A stretch of DNA of 63,958 nt, the filler included, from Deltaproteobacteria bacterium (GTDB lineage: Bacteria; JAUYMQ01): NCBI GenBank assembly GCA_030698575.1. It is 6 parts of 6 records of this genome, joined end to end, with 100 filler letters (N's around TTAATTAATTAA, not from the genome) between each part and the next. Parts side by side here need not be neighbours in the genome. Positions count along the whole stretch, not along the records: positions 11,283 to 32,912 come from JAUYMQ010000135.1; 5 more parts are not named here. One strand, given 5' to 3'. The notes under the pieces are model-generated. The model worked only from the letters and a program-made list of their open reading frames with translations. It did no database searches and was not told where the DNA came from. Positions 11,183 through 21,381 of the stretch are shown here, in pieces; position 1 is the stretch's first letter; every line of letters begins with the position of its first letter. The translations under genes were made by a program, and so were the position numbers.

Positions 11183-11282
11183 NNNNNNNNNNNNNNNNNN
11201 NNNNNNNNNNNNNNNNNNNNNNNNNNTTAATTAATTAANNNNNNNNNNNNNNNNNNNNNNNNNNNNNNNNNNNNNNNNNNNN
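11183..11282. other. artificial contig spacer
   Basis: N run with central TTAATTAATTAA. Confidence 0.98.
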
Positions 11283-11764
11283 CGAGTTGTGATGGTGACC
11301 ACGATCAGATCGGGATCGAGGGCGGCCCCGTCTCTTTCCAGGTAGAGGCTTGCCATGGGACCGGTGGACCCGCTGACGCCGGCGTTGATAACGTCGAAGC
11401 TTTTTCCGGGAAATGCATTGGAAAGGCGCATCTCGAGCTGCTTCGGCATTGTTTCTTCGAGCTCGACCTGAAGCCCTTCGATCATCGAATCGCCCAGAAC
11501 CAGCACGCGGGTTACCCCCGGGGGCTTCACTCGCGGCCGCTCCACGTCACGGAGCCCGTCGCTGTTGATCTGCACGTGCGCCTGGGTGTCGAGGCCGTGG
11601 GCTATCACGTCGGCGCCCGGAACGTGGGAGAAAACACCGTCCTCACGAAGGAGAAGGACGTTCAAGGATTGCGGCGCGAACTTCCGCACGGAGCATTCGG
11701 CTATCGTGAGAACCAGCCCGACACTGATCACGAGCTGGATGATTCGCGCCGCCCATCTTTTCAT
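11283..11764 (-). CDS. SGNH/GDSL hydrolase-family membrane protein (3' truncated)
   Basis: N-terminal TM, INSDGLRD, LVLGDS, VINAGVSG. Confidence 0.8.
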
Positions 11765-13350
11765 CCGCCCGGCTCCCTCCGTCGCAGAAGATCCCGCCCC
11801 TCCATCCACGCGGGCGCGGCGCGCCCGGTGAGCGCCAGGGCCGTGGGCGCCACGTCGCCGATCCACGCGCGATCGGGAAGGCGCCCCGGCGCAACGGCCG
11901 GCCCCGCGCCCAGAAGCACGCCGTCGCGGCGGTGCGAGCCGTTCATCCCGCCCTCCTTGCCGCCCACATGCTCGGCGGCGCTGATCCTGCGCACGCTCGG
12001 GCCGCCAGCCGGACCTTGTGAGCGCAGGCAGGAGACCGAGTAGCCGTCGCGCAGCGCGAAGTCGAGAAAGAGGTCGGGCGCAAGCGAAGCGTAGGGTCCG
12101 CGATAGATCTCCTCGCGCCGGTACACCCCCTTCAGCATCGGCGCTCCGTCGATCGGATCGCGCCAGGCCAGCAGCCGGTCGGTGAGCGAATCGAGTGCGC
12201 GATTTGCATCACGTGCAGGCACGGTCCCCTGAGGGTCCCGCCCGGTGAGATTGAGCCAGATCGACGGTGCGTAGTTCAACTCCTCCGAGAAGGCCCGCGT
12301 CGTATCGAGATCGATCGCCCCGAAACGTGCGGCGCTCTCGACGGCGCTCGCCAGGGCCGGCGCGGCCCGGAAGGCGGCCTCCTGGGCGCGCGCGGGGAGG
12401 GATCGGAGGGCGAGGCGCTTGGCGGACGCGGCAGCGCGCTGCACCGCCCCCTTCGACCGACGGAAGGTGAGCAACCCCTCCTCTTCGAGCCAGCGGTTCA
12501 CGTAGACCGCCCGATCGCCGGCGCCGCCGAAACCGTGATCACTCGCCACGAGGACATGCGCGCCGGGACCGGCCGCTTCCACAAGCGCGCCCACGGCTTC
12601 ATCGAGGCGCCGGTAGATGCGCCTGATCGCGTCGCCGTGCTCGCGGGCGCCGCCCGGGTCGTGCCGCGGGCTATCCGGGTCGTGGTACATCCAGAAGTGG
12701 TGGCTCACGGTGTCGGATTCTCCGAAGAGCACCATGAACGCGTCATACCCTCCCTGGGCGAGCAGGTGCAGGGCGAGCTTTTCCTTGCGCGCGGCCGTGT
12801 CGAGAAGCGAGGCGAGTGCGGCGCCATGCCATCCGGGACCGATGTCGATCTCCTGGAAATCGGCGAAGCGCCAGGCGCCGATAACGCGCCGGATGGTTTC
12901 GTACAGCGCGGGGGGCTGCACGAAGCGCGGCGTGATTCCCGTCGCGATGGGGGAGTCGAAGCCCGCGATCACCTCCCCGCGCAACTTCTCCGGCGGGAAG
13001 GTAGTGGGAACGCCGAGCACCGCCACGCGCCCGCCGTCGTCGGAGAGCAGCCGGAGGAAGGTCGGCAGCCGGCGGTCTGCACCGGAGGCGAAGCGGACAG
13101 CGTAGCTGCCGGGGACGCGGAGAGTGAAATCGAGAAGGCCGTGGGCGCCGGGATTGGCGCCCGTCAGGAAGGTGGACCAGGCGGGGTAAGTCACCGGCGG
13201 AAAGGTGCTTTCGAGCAACGTGAGCCCGCCGGCGCGAACGAGCGCGCCCAGGCTCGGGAGGCTTCCTTCGGCGATCCAGCGGCGAACGAGCGTGGGCTCG
13301 AGGCCGTCGAGCCCAATGATGAGCAGCCTGGTCTTCGGGGAGCGCCGCAC
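11761..13350 (-). CDS. alkaline phosphatase superfamily (type I phosphodiesterase-like) protein
   Basis: IIGLDG, STFPPVTYPAWSTFLTG, SDHGF, GSHRRDG; GTG start at 13350 with GGAGG. Confidence 0.85.
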   Translation of the reverse strand: MRRSPKTRLLIIGLDGLEPTLVRRWIAEGSLPSLGALVRAGGLTLLESTFPPVTYPAWSTFLTGANPGAHGLLDFTLRVPGSYAVRFASGADRRLPTFLRLLSDDGGRVAVLGVPTTFPPEKLRGEVIAGFDSPIATGITPRFVQPPALYETIRRVIGAWRFADFQEIDIGPGWHGAALASLLDTAARKEKLALHLLAQGGYDAFMVLFGESDTVSHHFWMYHDPDSPRHDPGGAREHGDAIRRIYRRLDEAVGALVEAAGPGAHVLVASDHGFGGAGDRAVYVNRWLEEEGLLTFRRSKGAVQRAAASAKRLALRSLPARAQEAAFRAAPALASAVESAARFGAIDLDTTRAFSEELNYAPSIWLNLTGRDPQGTVPARDANRALDSLTDRLLAWRDPIDGAPMLKGVYRREEIYRGPYASLAPDLFLDFALRDGYSVSCLRSQGPAGGPSVRRISAAEHVGGKEGGMNGSHRRDGVLLGAGPAVAPGRLPDRAWIGDVAPTALALTGRAAPAWMEGRDLLRRREPGG

Positions 13351-13388
13351 CCGTGTTCCTCCCTTCGGCCCGCGTCTCCCCCTGGTAA

Positions 13389-15272
13389 CTACTCGACGTA
13401 ACCGAGCGCGCGGAGCCGCTCCCGTGTGGCGTCGTCCACCTCCACCTGCTCGCCCGCGACGGCGGCCTTCAAGGCTTCGCCCATCGTGTGATCCATTCGC
13501 CCCCGCATGGCCTTCCAGCGTCCCTCGTCGTCGCCGGCGAGATTCCGGGTCTCGCCCGGATCCTCCGCCAGATTGTAGAGCGCAATATCGGGGAGCCCAC
13601 GGGGGTTGTCGGCGTTGGCCTCGATCGTCTTCCATGTGTCGCCGCGTAGCGATCGCAGGCGGTTCCCCTCGAGATCCTCTTCCGCAAAGCTCTCACCGGT
13701 AACCGGCCCGGCCGCCAGCGACGCGCCCTGCGTGCGGGCGGGGGCCTCGACGCCCGCCAGATCGAGCACCGTCGGCGTGACATCGAGAAGCCGCGCGAGA
13801 TCGGCCCGCCGGCTCCCCGGCGCGAGACCCGGGGGCCCCCCCGCTGCCGGCTTGACGATCAGCGGCACATGAATCTGCTCTTCGTACAGCGTGGTTCCGT
13901 GCCACCAACCGCCGTGCTCGTGGAATTCCTCCCCGTGATCCGCGGTCAGGATGATGAGCGCGCCGTCATAAATCCCTTCCTCACGAAGGTGATCAAAGAG
14001 ATCCCCCAGGTGCCCGTCGAGATATTCTATTTCGCCATCATACAGGTCGGACAGCTCGCCGGCCCGGGCGGCGTCGGGGTTCGGTGTCTGGACCCGCGCC
14101 ACGGCCGTGCCGTCATAGGGATGGCGGAAGTAGGGGTCATGCGGGTCCATGTAGTGAATGAAGAGGAAGAACCGCGAACCCCGGTTGCGATCGATCCAGG
14201 CCTTGCCGGCCTCGGTCACCGTGGCGCCATCCTGGTAGTAGTGCTTCACCTCCTTGCGGCGCGAGAGAAAACGCTCGCGCACAAGCCGGAGGCTGTTGTA
14301 AACGGCGAGCTTCGAGGAGGATTCCTTCGCGCCGAAAAAATAGTTCGGCGCCAGATAGTGATACTCGCCGAAACCCTGATCAAACTGGTAACTCGGCGCG
14401 AGGTTGACGTTCGAAACAATTCCGCCGGTCCGCCACCCGGCGCCCGCCAGCGACTCGGCGAGCGTATCCACTTCTTCCGGCAAGCGATCAACCTTGCCGA
14501 TAGCCCGGTGGGTCGACGGGTAGAGCCCCGTGAGAAGCGTCGCCGTGGACGGCTTGGTCCATGACGCCTGCGCCGAGCCTTTCTCGAAGACCACGCCGTC
14601 CGAAGCGAGACGATCGATGGCGGGCGTGGAAGCGCCCTTGTAGCCGTAAGCGGGCAGGCGATCCGCGCGCAGCGTGTCGACCATGATGAGGATGACGTCG
14701 GGCCGCCCGGCGAGCGCCGGGGGAATCCCGCCTTCCGGCGGCGCCGGCGCCGCGGCCGGCGAGGCGACCAGCTGCGCGCAGACGGCCCCGATGATGATCA
14801 CTGCCACCGCGCCTCCGACAAGCTTCATCGGCGGCGCCCCGGCGTCCGCGGCAGCGCGCCGGGCACGCGCGCGCAGAACGAGCCAGGCCAGAACAAAAAG
14901 CAGCGTGAACAAGCCGAGGAGTGCGAGCTGGTGGAGCGGCGGCATCGCGTGCTCGCCGAGCAGGTCGCGATTGATGCGGAAGCGGGCGAAGACGAAGCCG
15001 CCGCCGAACAGCACCGCGGGGAGAAGAAAGGCCGCAAACGCTCTCTCTCCCGGACGGCGCCGTCCCAGAAGGCCAAGCGCGAAGCCCGCTCCCGCGCCCG
15101 CCGCAGCCATCACGACGGCATACAGCGCGGGCCCGAACCAGAGCGCCTGGGCCTCAATGCGTTCGCTCGAGCCGAGCGACACCGCCCAGCCTTCGGCGAA
15201 CCCCAGAAGCGCCCCGGCAAGAAGGCCGGCGGCAGCGCCGGCAATCAGAAGACGGATAAGTGCGCGGATCAC
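13389..15272 (-). CDS. membrane-anchored sulfatase-like protein
   Basis: several N-terminal TM helices; VDTLRAD, SWTKPS, HYMDPHDPY, TADHGEEF, LRALGY. Confidence 0.88.
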   Translation of the reverse strand: MIRALIRLLIAGAAAGLLAGALLGFAEGWAVSLGSSERIEAQALWFGPALYAVVMAAAGAGAGFALGLLGRRRPGERAFAAFLLPAVLFGGGFVFARFRINRDLLGEHAMPPLHQLALLGLFTLLFVLAWLVLRARARRAAADAGAPPMKLVGGAVAVIIIGAVCAQLVASPAAAPAPPEGGIPPALAGRPDVILIMVDTLRADRLPAYGYKGASTPAIDRLASDGVVFEKGSAQASWTKPSTATLLTGLYPSTHRAIGKVDRLPEEVDTLAESLAGAGWRTGGIVSNVNLAPSYQFDQGFGEYHYLAPNYFFGAKESSSKLAVYNSLRLVRERFLSRRKEVKHYYQDGATVTEAGKAWIDRNRGSRFFLFIHYMDPHDPYFRHPYDGTAVARVQTPNPDAARAGELSDLYDGEIEYLDGHLGDLFDHLREEGIYDGALIILTADHGEEFHEHGGWWHGTTLYEEQIHVPLIVKPAAGGPPGLAPGSRRADLARLLDVTPTVLDLAGVEAPARTQGASLAAGPVTGESFAEEDLEGNRLRSLRGDTWKTIEANADNPRGLPDIALYNLAEDPGETRNLAGDDEGRWKAMRGRMDHTMGEALKAAVAGEQVEVDDATRERLRALGYVE

Positions 15273-15363
15273 GGAAAGGGCCCATCCTTCGCCCGGCAGA
15301 GCGTTACGCTCGGCCGGCGGCCGGTGATGAGATTCGGGCGCGGCATGACGGCGGGTCGAAATG

Positions 15364-17355
15364 CTACCACAGGCGCTCGCCTTCGACGTCGGGAGGCGGC
15401 GTGAGCCCGTACTCGTAGAGCAGGGTAGGCGCCAGATCGACGATCTCGGGATTGGCGAGATTCAGGCGCTCGTTCACCAGGATGATCCCCGCCGTGTCGG
15501 TCACGTCGCTTGCGGCGTGATCGCCACTCCACTTCTTGGTGTTGGGGCCGGTAAGCGAATCTGGAATCCCGCCGAGCACCGTTTCCCAGCTTGTCCTCCA
15601 GCCGGGGCTGAACGCGAGTTGCAGGTCGGGCCTTTCCAGCGGATCGGCGCCGGGAAATATCTTCTCTCCGATGTAGACCTTCTTCATCGGGACCTCGCCG
15701 GTTTCCGGATCGCGGAAAGCCTCGAGCTTGCTGGCAATCTCCGCTGCAAGATCCGCCGCCTCCTCGCGCGGCACGATGCCGTCGCGCTCTCGCCCCTGGA
15801 GATTGAGATAGACCTGCCCCGTGCCGATGGCGTAGGCCCTGGTGCCGGACCAGTCGACGTCCGCAAAGAACTCCTTCGCGCTGAACTTCCCGTCGGAACT
15901 CTCCGGCGTCGGGAACAGCTTCATGTATCCGTTGCGGACGAGCCACGTGTTGGTGTGCAGCCCTCGCCGGAAGCTGTGGAAACCGTGGTCGGAGAGGATG
16001 ACGAGCGTCGCGCCTTCCGGAAGCCGCTCCAGCACCTTTCCCACTGTCTGATCCATCCGCACGTACGACTCCTCGATCGCCCGGGAGTAGCGGTCGGCCA
16101 GCTCTGCGTCGTAGCGGGGACTCTGCTTGTCGATGAGCCGATAGAACATATGGGAGACGCGATCCGGGGCTGTTGATACCCAGATGAGCAGATCCCAGTT
16201 GTCCGCATCGAGCGCGCCGAGCAGCATCGCCTCCTTCTGATCCTCCACCGACGCGGCGTCTTCCAGAAAAGCTTTCTCGTCCAGCCGCTCGTCGTTCAGG
16301 CCGGAAGTGTCGTGATCCCATCCGAGGGTCTTGTAGAGGCCGTGCGCTTCGGCCAGCGACGCGGAGAACGTCTCGGGGCTCGAGATGGACGCGTAGGGAT
16401 CGAGCGGGTCGTAGTTGAGCGGCGAGCCGTAGACGCGCAACCCCGGAGCCGCTTCGAGGACGTAGAAGCGACAGATGCCTCTAATCTCGTAGAAGGGTGA
16501 AACGCGGAAGGAGACGGGCGCCCAGGGAGTCCACTCGCCCTCGGCCGCCGACACCTCCGCGCCGCCCAGCCGGATGGTCACCCGCTTGCGCGGGGCGTCG
16601 AGCTCGAACTCGATGGGAACAGTCAGCGCCTCGCGATCCTCGCTCGCCGGATCCGTGGGCCCTTTCAGAATCGCGTTCGCGCGCCCGTCGTTCACCTGGA
16701 TGCTCACGAGTCGCCCTCCGGCCACCGCGCCCGCGGACCCGGCCTCCTGCAGATCGTCGCCGAAGTAATAGAAGGTGCTGTTCGTGCCGAGAAGATCCGG
16801 CGTGCCGAGCCCGGACAGCTGGCGCCCGGTCGGCGCCACCTCGTCCGGCGGGAAGGTGTAGGGGACGGAGATCACGGTCACGCGCACGCCCGCGTCGGAG
16901 GCGATCTTCCAGAAGCTCTCTCCCCGACGCGGGTTGTGCCCCTCGGGGCCCTTCGAAGGCCAGAGCCCCCAGCGCATCTCCGGCGGCGAAATGGTGGAAG
17001 TCGCGACGGCGGGGAGATAGCTGGCCGGATCGCGGCGCACGAAGTCGTAGATGCCGTGCCTTCCGGGATTCATCCCCGTCGCGAAGGTGGACCAGGCAAC
17101 GGGGCTCTGGGGCGGATTGGTCGAGCCGAGCGGCACGAAGGTGCCCTCGGTGGCCAGCTTCTTCAGGTTGGGCAACCGCCCGGCGTCGATCCATTCCTGG
17201 AGAAAGTCGGGATCGACGCCGTCGAAGCCCAGCACGACGATCTTCGGGCGATCCTCAGCCGGCGGGGGAAGCGCCTTGTCGCCGGTGTCGCAGCCGGAGA
17301 GGGCCGTCAGGAGAAGCAGGACGGGCAACGCTCGAAGGGCGGATCCATTATTCAA
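15364..17355 (-). CDS. alkaline phosphatase superfamily lipoprotein
   Basis: LSGC lipobox; LGFDG, PPQSPVAWSTF.TG, SDHGF, WSGDH. Confidence 0.85.
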   Translation of the reverse strand: MNNGSALRALPVLLLLTALSGCDTGDKALPPPAEDRPKIVVLGFDGVDPDFLQEWIDAGRLPNLKKLATEGTFVPLGSTNPPQSPVAWSTFATGMNPGRHGIYDFVRRDPASYLPAVATSTISPPEMRWGLWPSKGPEGHNPRRGESFWKIASDAGVRVTVISVPYTFPPDEVAPTGRQLSGLGTPDLLGTNSTFYYFGDDLQEAGSAGAVAGGRLVSIQVNDGRANAILKGPTDPASEDREALTVPIEFELDAPRKRVTIRLGGAEVSAAEGEWTPWAPVSFRVSPFYEIRGICRFYVLEAAPGLRVYGSPLNYDPLDPYASISSPETFSASLAEAHGLYKTLGWDHDTSGLNDERLDEKAFLEDAASVEDQKEAMLLGALDADNWDLLIWVSTAPDRVSHMFYRLIDKQSPRYDAELADRYSRAIEESYVRMDQTVGKVLERLPEGATLVILSDHGFHSFRRGLHTNTWLVRNGYMKLFPTPESSDGKFSAKEFFADVDWSGTRAYAIGTGQVYLNLQGRERDGIVPREEAADLAAEIASKLEAFRDPETGEVPMKKVYIGEKIFPGADPLERPDLQLAFSPGWRTSWETVLGGIPDSLTGPNTKKWSGDHAASDVTDTAGIILVNERLNLANPEIVDLAPTLLYEYGLTPPPDVEGERLW

Positions 17356-17366
17356 GTCTATGCGCC

Positions 17367-17906
17367 TCAGACGAAATCGCGCCTGGTGAAAACGGCCTCG
17401 AAGGGGTAACCCCGGGCGGTGATCGCCTCGCGCCCCCCCTCGAGACGGTCGACCAGGGCCAGGACCAGCGCCACCGTTCCGCCCTCGGCTTCCACGGATT
17501 CGGCGGCCCCGAGCGATGAATCGCCGGTGGTCACGACGTCTTCCAGGATCGCCACCCGGTAACCCTTCGCGAACCGCCCCTCGATGCGTTTCTGCATACC
17601 GTGCCCCTTCGCGGCCTTGCGCACAAAGAAACCCTGGACGGGATTCTCGCGGCGCATGCTCGCGTGAAGGACGGCGTCGACCAGCGGGATGGCGCCCACC
17701 GCCATCCCACCCACGGCGTTCAGGGCATGCGGCTCGACGCGATCATAGAGCACCTCACCGATCAGGGACGCAGCCTCAGGCAGGAAAGCACTCTTGCGCA
17801 CGTCGATATAGAAATCGCTCTCGCGGCCCGAGGCGAGCTTCACGCGGCCAGGGACGTAGGATTCTCGCTTGAGGATCTCGAGAAGGCGCTCGTGCCTGGG
17901 GTCCAT
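17367..17906 (-). CDS. pyrE: orotate phosphoribosyltransferase
   Basis: LASGRES.FYID, VRKAAKGHG, ILEDVVTTG PRPP-binding loop. Confidence 0.92.
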   Translation of the reverse strand: MDPRHERLLEILKRESYVPGRVKLASGRESDFYIDVRKSAFLPEAASLIGEVLYDRVEPHALNAVGGMAVGAIPLVDAVLHASMRRENPVQGFFVRKAAKGHGMQKRIEGRFAKGYRVAILEDVVTTGDSSLGAAESVEAEGGTVALVLALVDRLEGGREAITARGYPFEAVFTRRDFV

Positions 17907-18014
17907 CGCAGGTCCGGTCGTTCGGGGAGATGCGGGCGGGGCTACGCCGGGCGCCCGCTGCTGCGGCGCCGGCCCGTGCGGAAAGCTAGCGGGATCGGAA
18001 GGGGAAATCAAGCA

Positions 18015-19073
18015 TCAGATGTCCTGGGCGCTGCACACGCGGTTCTTCCCCGCGAACTTCGACGCGAACAGCGCTCCCTCGGCCATGTCGAGGAGCGACA
18101 CGTGGCTGTCGGCGTCCTCGGGATAGGCGGCCACGCCGAGGCTGATCGTGAGGTGCTCGGCCAGATCGCCGGCCGAGCCGGGGAAGTAGTGCGCGTCCAC
18201 CGACACGCGGATTTTCTCGGCGAAAATCAAAGCGCTCTTTGGATCGGTCTCGGGGAGGAGAACGGCGAACTGGTCGCCGCCGTAACGGCTCACGATGTCC
18301 GAGGCGCGCGATTGCGCGCATATGATCTGCGCAATCGTGCGGATGGCCTTGCTCCCCGCCGGATGCCCGTAGCGATCGTTGTAGGGCTTGAACTCGTCAA
18401 TGTCCACGAGCAAGAGCGAGAGCGGGCGCGCGTAGCGCTCGGCCCGGTCCAGCTCCCGTTCCAGGAGGTTCTGGAAGGTGGCGTGGTTGTAGAGGCCCGT
18501 CATCGAATCGAGGTAGCTCGACGCGAGCGACTCTTCGAAGAGGTGGGTGTTGTCGATCGCGAGGGACAGGACGCCGCCGAGAGCCAGGAGGATGTCCAGA
18601 TCCTCGGCCGCGTAACCGTCTTCCCCATGCCTCCCCCAGATCTCGATGACCCCCGCCAGCCGATCCCGCGACAGGAGGGGCGCGCCGAGGAGCGGCCCGG
18701 TGATCCAACCTTCTTGGTCGCGCATGGCGAAGCGCGGATCGGCGTTCGTGTCCTCCAGCCGGAGGGCCTGGCGTTCACGGCCGATCCATCCGGCGATCCC
18801 TTCGCCCATTGCAACGGCCGCCGCTTCCCCGATCGGGGCCGCACCCCCGAGCGAGGCCTTCACCCAGAGCTTGTCGTCCTCGGGGTCACGCAGGAGGATC
18901 GCGCCGCACCTGGAATCGAGCGCCCTGAGCGTGCGCGCCAGCAGGCTGTGCAGCACCGTTTCCGTGTCCGCGGCCGCGCCGAGCTCCCGCGCGGCCTCGT
19001 AGAGGCCCTCGAGGCGCCGATTGCGGGCCTCGAGCCGGGACATTGCGCCGCGCAGGTCGTCGATCTCAGCCAT
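18015..19073 (-). CDS. GAF-GGDEF protein (GGDQF variant)
   Basis: GEGIAGW GAF motif; DSMTGLYN, DIDEFK.YND.YGH, RASD I-site, RYGGDQF. Confidence 0.88.
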   Translation of the reverse strand: MAEIDDLRGAMSRLEARNRRLEGLYEAARELGAAADTETVLHSLLARTLRALDSRCGAILLRDPEDDKLWVKASLGGAAPIGEAAAVAMGEGIAGWIGRERQALRLEDTNADPRFAMRDQEGWITGPLLGAPLLSRDRLAGVIEIWGRHGEDGYAAEDLDILLALGGVLSLAIDNTHLFEESLASSYLDSMTGLYNHATFQNLLERELDRAERYARPLSLLLVDIDEFKPYNDRYGHPAGSKAIRTIAQIICAQSRASDIVSRYGGDQFAVLLPETDPKSALIFAEKIRVSVDAHYFPGSAGDLAEHLTISLGVAAYPEDADSHVSLLDMAEGALFASKFAGKNRVCSAQDI

Positions 19074-19150
19074 GCGAACTCCCACGCCCGGAGGCGATTT
19101 CAGGAAGACGCATGATCTATCGGAGCGGCGACGGGAAGCTTGAGAGCGCT

Positions 19151-19663
19151 TCAGGCGGGTGCGCCGAGATGGCGGAGAAGGCCCGCCAGTCCTTCACGAA
19201 TGCGCGCGAGGCAGGCGCGATAGTCGGCGAGCGAGCGCTCGAAGGGATCGGGGATGTCCATTCCCCGGGCGCGCCCGGGGATGAACTCGGAGAGCATGTG
19301 AAGCTTGCCTTCCTCTTCACCGTAGAGGGAACGGAGCGTGTCCAAGTGCCCGCGCTCCATCACGATGACGAGATCGGCCGCATCGAAGGCCTGGCGCGTG
19401 ACGGGACGGGCGGAGTGCCCCGAGAGATCGAGATCGTCCTCCCGCGCGAGCTGGACGATCTCCCAGGGCGGCTGGGCCCCGGGGGAAGCGTAGATGCCGA
19501 CGGACGACGCCTCGAGCGCGGCGCCCCGCGCCCGGGCCTCTTGCAGAAAGAGCGCCGCTGCGAGCGGACTCCGGCAGAGGTTGCCCGTGCAGACGAAAAG
19601 CACGCGGCGCACCGGCACCCCGGCGACCGCCGGGATCCAGGAGCTAGATTCTCTCTGTTTCAA
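19151..19663 (-). CDS. low-molecular-weight protein tyrosine/arginine phosphatase
   Basis: FVCTGNLCRS P-loop and DIPDP; start uncertain. Confidence 0.88.
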   Translation of the reverse strand: MKQRESSSWIPAVAGVPVRRVLFVCTGNLCRSPLAAALFLQEARARGAALEASSVGIYASPGAQPPWEIVQLAREDDLDLSGHSARPVTRQAFDAADLVIVMERGHLDTLRSLYGEEEGKLHMLSEFIPGRARGMDIPDPFERSLADYRACLARIREGLAGLLRHLGAPA

Positions 19664-20663
19664 CTTCAGACTTGAGGGTGCGGCCCATGAGGTCGCTGAC
19701 CGCGTCGTGGGCGGGCTTGTCCTCGTAGAGGATCGCGTAGGTCTGCTCGATGATGGGAACCTCGACGTTGAATTTCTTCGCCATGTCGTACGCCGCGCGC
19801 GTGGTGTTGACCCCCTCGGCGACCATCTTCATTTCGCCGAGTATCTGCTTGAGTGACTTCCCCTGGCCGAGGGCCAGGCCCACGCTCCGGTTTCGCGAGA
19901 GATCGCCGCAGCAGGTGAGAACCAGGTCCCCCACGCCGGCCAGGCCGAGGAAGGTCAGTGGCTCCGCACCCTTGTGGATGCCCAGGCGTGTGATCTCAGC
20001 CAGCCCGCGCGTGATCAGGGCCGCGCGCGCCGACTGCCCCAGCTGCAACCCGTCGCTGATCCCGACGGTCACCGCGATGACGTTCTTCAGCGAGCCGCCC
20101 AGCTCGATCCCCACCACGTCGGGATTGGTGTAGCACCGGAAGGTCGTGCTGCTGAACACTTCCTGGACCCGGCGGGACAGGTCGTCGTTGAAGGAGGCCA
20201 CGCTGACCGCACAGGGCATTCCCTTGGAGATTTCCTTGGCGAAGCTCGGGCCCGAGATGTAGGCCAGGTGATCGCGATAGCCGGCTGGAAGCACCTCTTC
20301 CAGAACTTCCGACATGAGCATGAGGGTGTCGACCTCGATCCCCTTGGTGGCCGAGACGAGCGGGATGGGCTCCTGGACAAGGGGCGCCAGTTGGGTCATG
20401 ACCGAGCGTACGTACTGGCTGGGGACCACGCTCAGGAGCATGTCGCGCCCCTTGATGGTGTCCCGAAGCTCCCGCGTGGGATAGACGTTCGGGGGGAGCT
20501 TGACGCCCGGGAGATAGACGTCGTTTACCCGCGTCTGGAGCATCCGCTCGCAGAGATCCTCCTCGAACACCCACAGGCGGACGTCGTGCCCCTTCTCACC
20601 CAGGAGCTTCGCAAGCGCGGTGCCGAAACTGCCGGCGCCGATAACACCGATGGAAACCTTCAT
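19644..20663 (-). CDS. gpsA: NAD(P)H-dependent glycerol-3-phosphate dehydrogenase
   Basis: GAGSFGT, GPSFAKE, GSLKNV, GLAGVGDL.LTC...SRN, EGV.T. Confidence 0.95.
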   Translation of the reverse strand: MKVSIGVIGAGSFGTALAKLLGEKGHDVRLWVFEEDLCERMLQTRVNDVYLPGVKLPPNVYPTRELRDTIKGRDMLLSVVPSQYVRSVMTQLAPLVQEPIPLVSATKGIEVDTLMLMSEVLEEVLPAGYRDHLAYISGPSFAKEISKGMPCAVSVASFNDDLSRRVQEVFSSTTFRCYTNPDVVGIELGGSLKNVIAVTVGISDGLQLGQSARAALITRGLAEITRLGIHKGAEPLTFLGLAGVGDLVLTCCGDLSRNRSVGLALGQGKSLKQILGEMKMVAEGVNTTRAAYDMAKKFNVEVPIIEQTYAILYEDKPAHDAVSDLMGRTLKSEVETERI

Positions 20664-20843
20664 CAATGAACCCCCGCTTCAGAGCGACCCCCGAGGCGTC
20701 GCGGCTCCTGCGGCGCACCGTCCCGGCCACCCGGCAGCGGAAACTGGTGCGATTGTTTTGTCGTGGCCGATTATGGCGGCGGGCCCGAGGCGTTGCAAGC
20801 GTGTTGGCTCCCATCCGGCGCGTGTTTCGCGCGCGGCCGTCCC

Positions 20844-20872
20844 TTGACAGGCACGGGGTCTCCACTTACCTT
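20844..20872 (+). promoter_or_regulatory. sigma70-like promoter of nuo operon
   Basis: TTGACA-17nt-TACCTT about 130 nt upstream of nuoA. Confidence 0.55.
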
Positions 20873-21001
20873 GCCGGTGATTTTATTGAAGCTTTCCCGC
20901 CTGTTCGAGCTTGATCAGCGTGGCGCCGGCCCGGTCGAGGCAGAGCAGCATGCCGGCTCCGCCAACCTTCTCCTCATGGCATACCGGAGACGAGATCAGA
21001 C

Positions 21002-21358
21002 ATGCTCGGCGAGTACGTTCCGGTCCTCATTACCCTGGTGGTCGCGATGGGACTGGCGGCCACATTCATCCTGCTCACGACCATTCTCGGCCCGAAGCGG
21101 TATCTGCGCGTAAAAATGGAGCCGTTCGAGTGCGGGGTGGAGCAGCTGGTGAGCCCTCGCCGGCGCTTCAGCGTCAAGTTTTACCTCGTGGCCATGCTCT
21201 TCATCCTTTTCGATATCGAGGTGGTGTTCCTCTACCCCTGGGCGGTGCGCTTCCGCGAGCTGGGGTGGTACGGCTTCGGCGCCATGATGATTTTTCTGGG
21301 GGTGGTTTTCATCACGCTCGCCTACGAATGGCGCAAGGGCGCGCTCGACTGGGATTGA
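21002..21358 (+). CDS. nuoA: NADH-quinone oxidoreductase subunit A
   Basis: PFECG, FYLVAMLFILFDIE, KGALDW. Confidence 0.95.
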   Translation: MLGEYVPVLITLVVAMGLAATFILLTTILGPKRYLRVKMEPFECGVEQLVSPRRRFSVKFYLVAMLFILFDIEVVFLYPWAVRFRELGWYGFGAMMIFLGVVFITLAYEWRKGALDWD

Positions 21359-21381
21359 AGGTTACCGGCTGAGGAAGCGTT

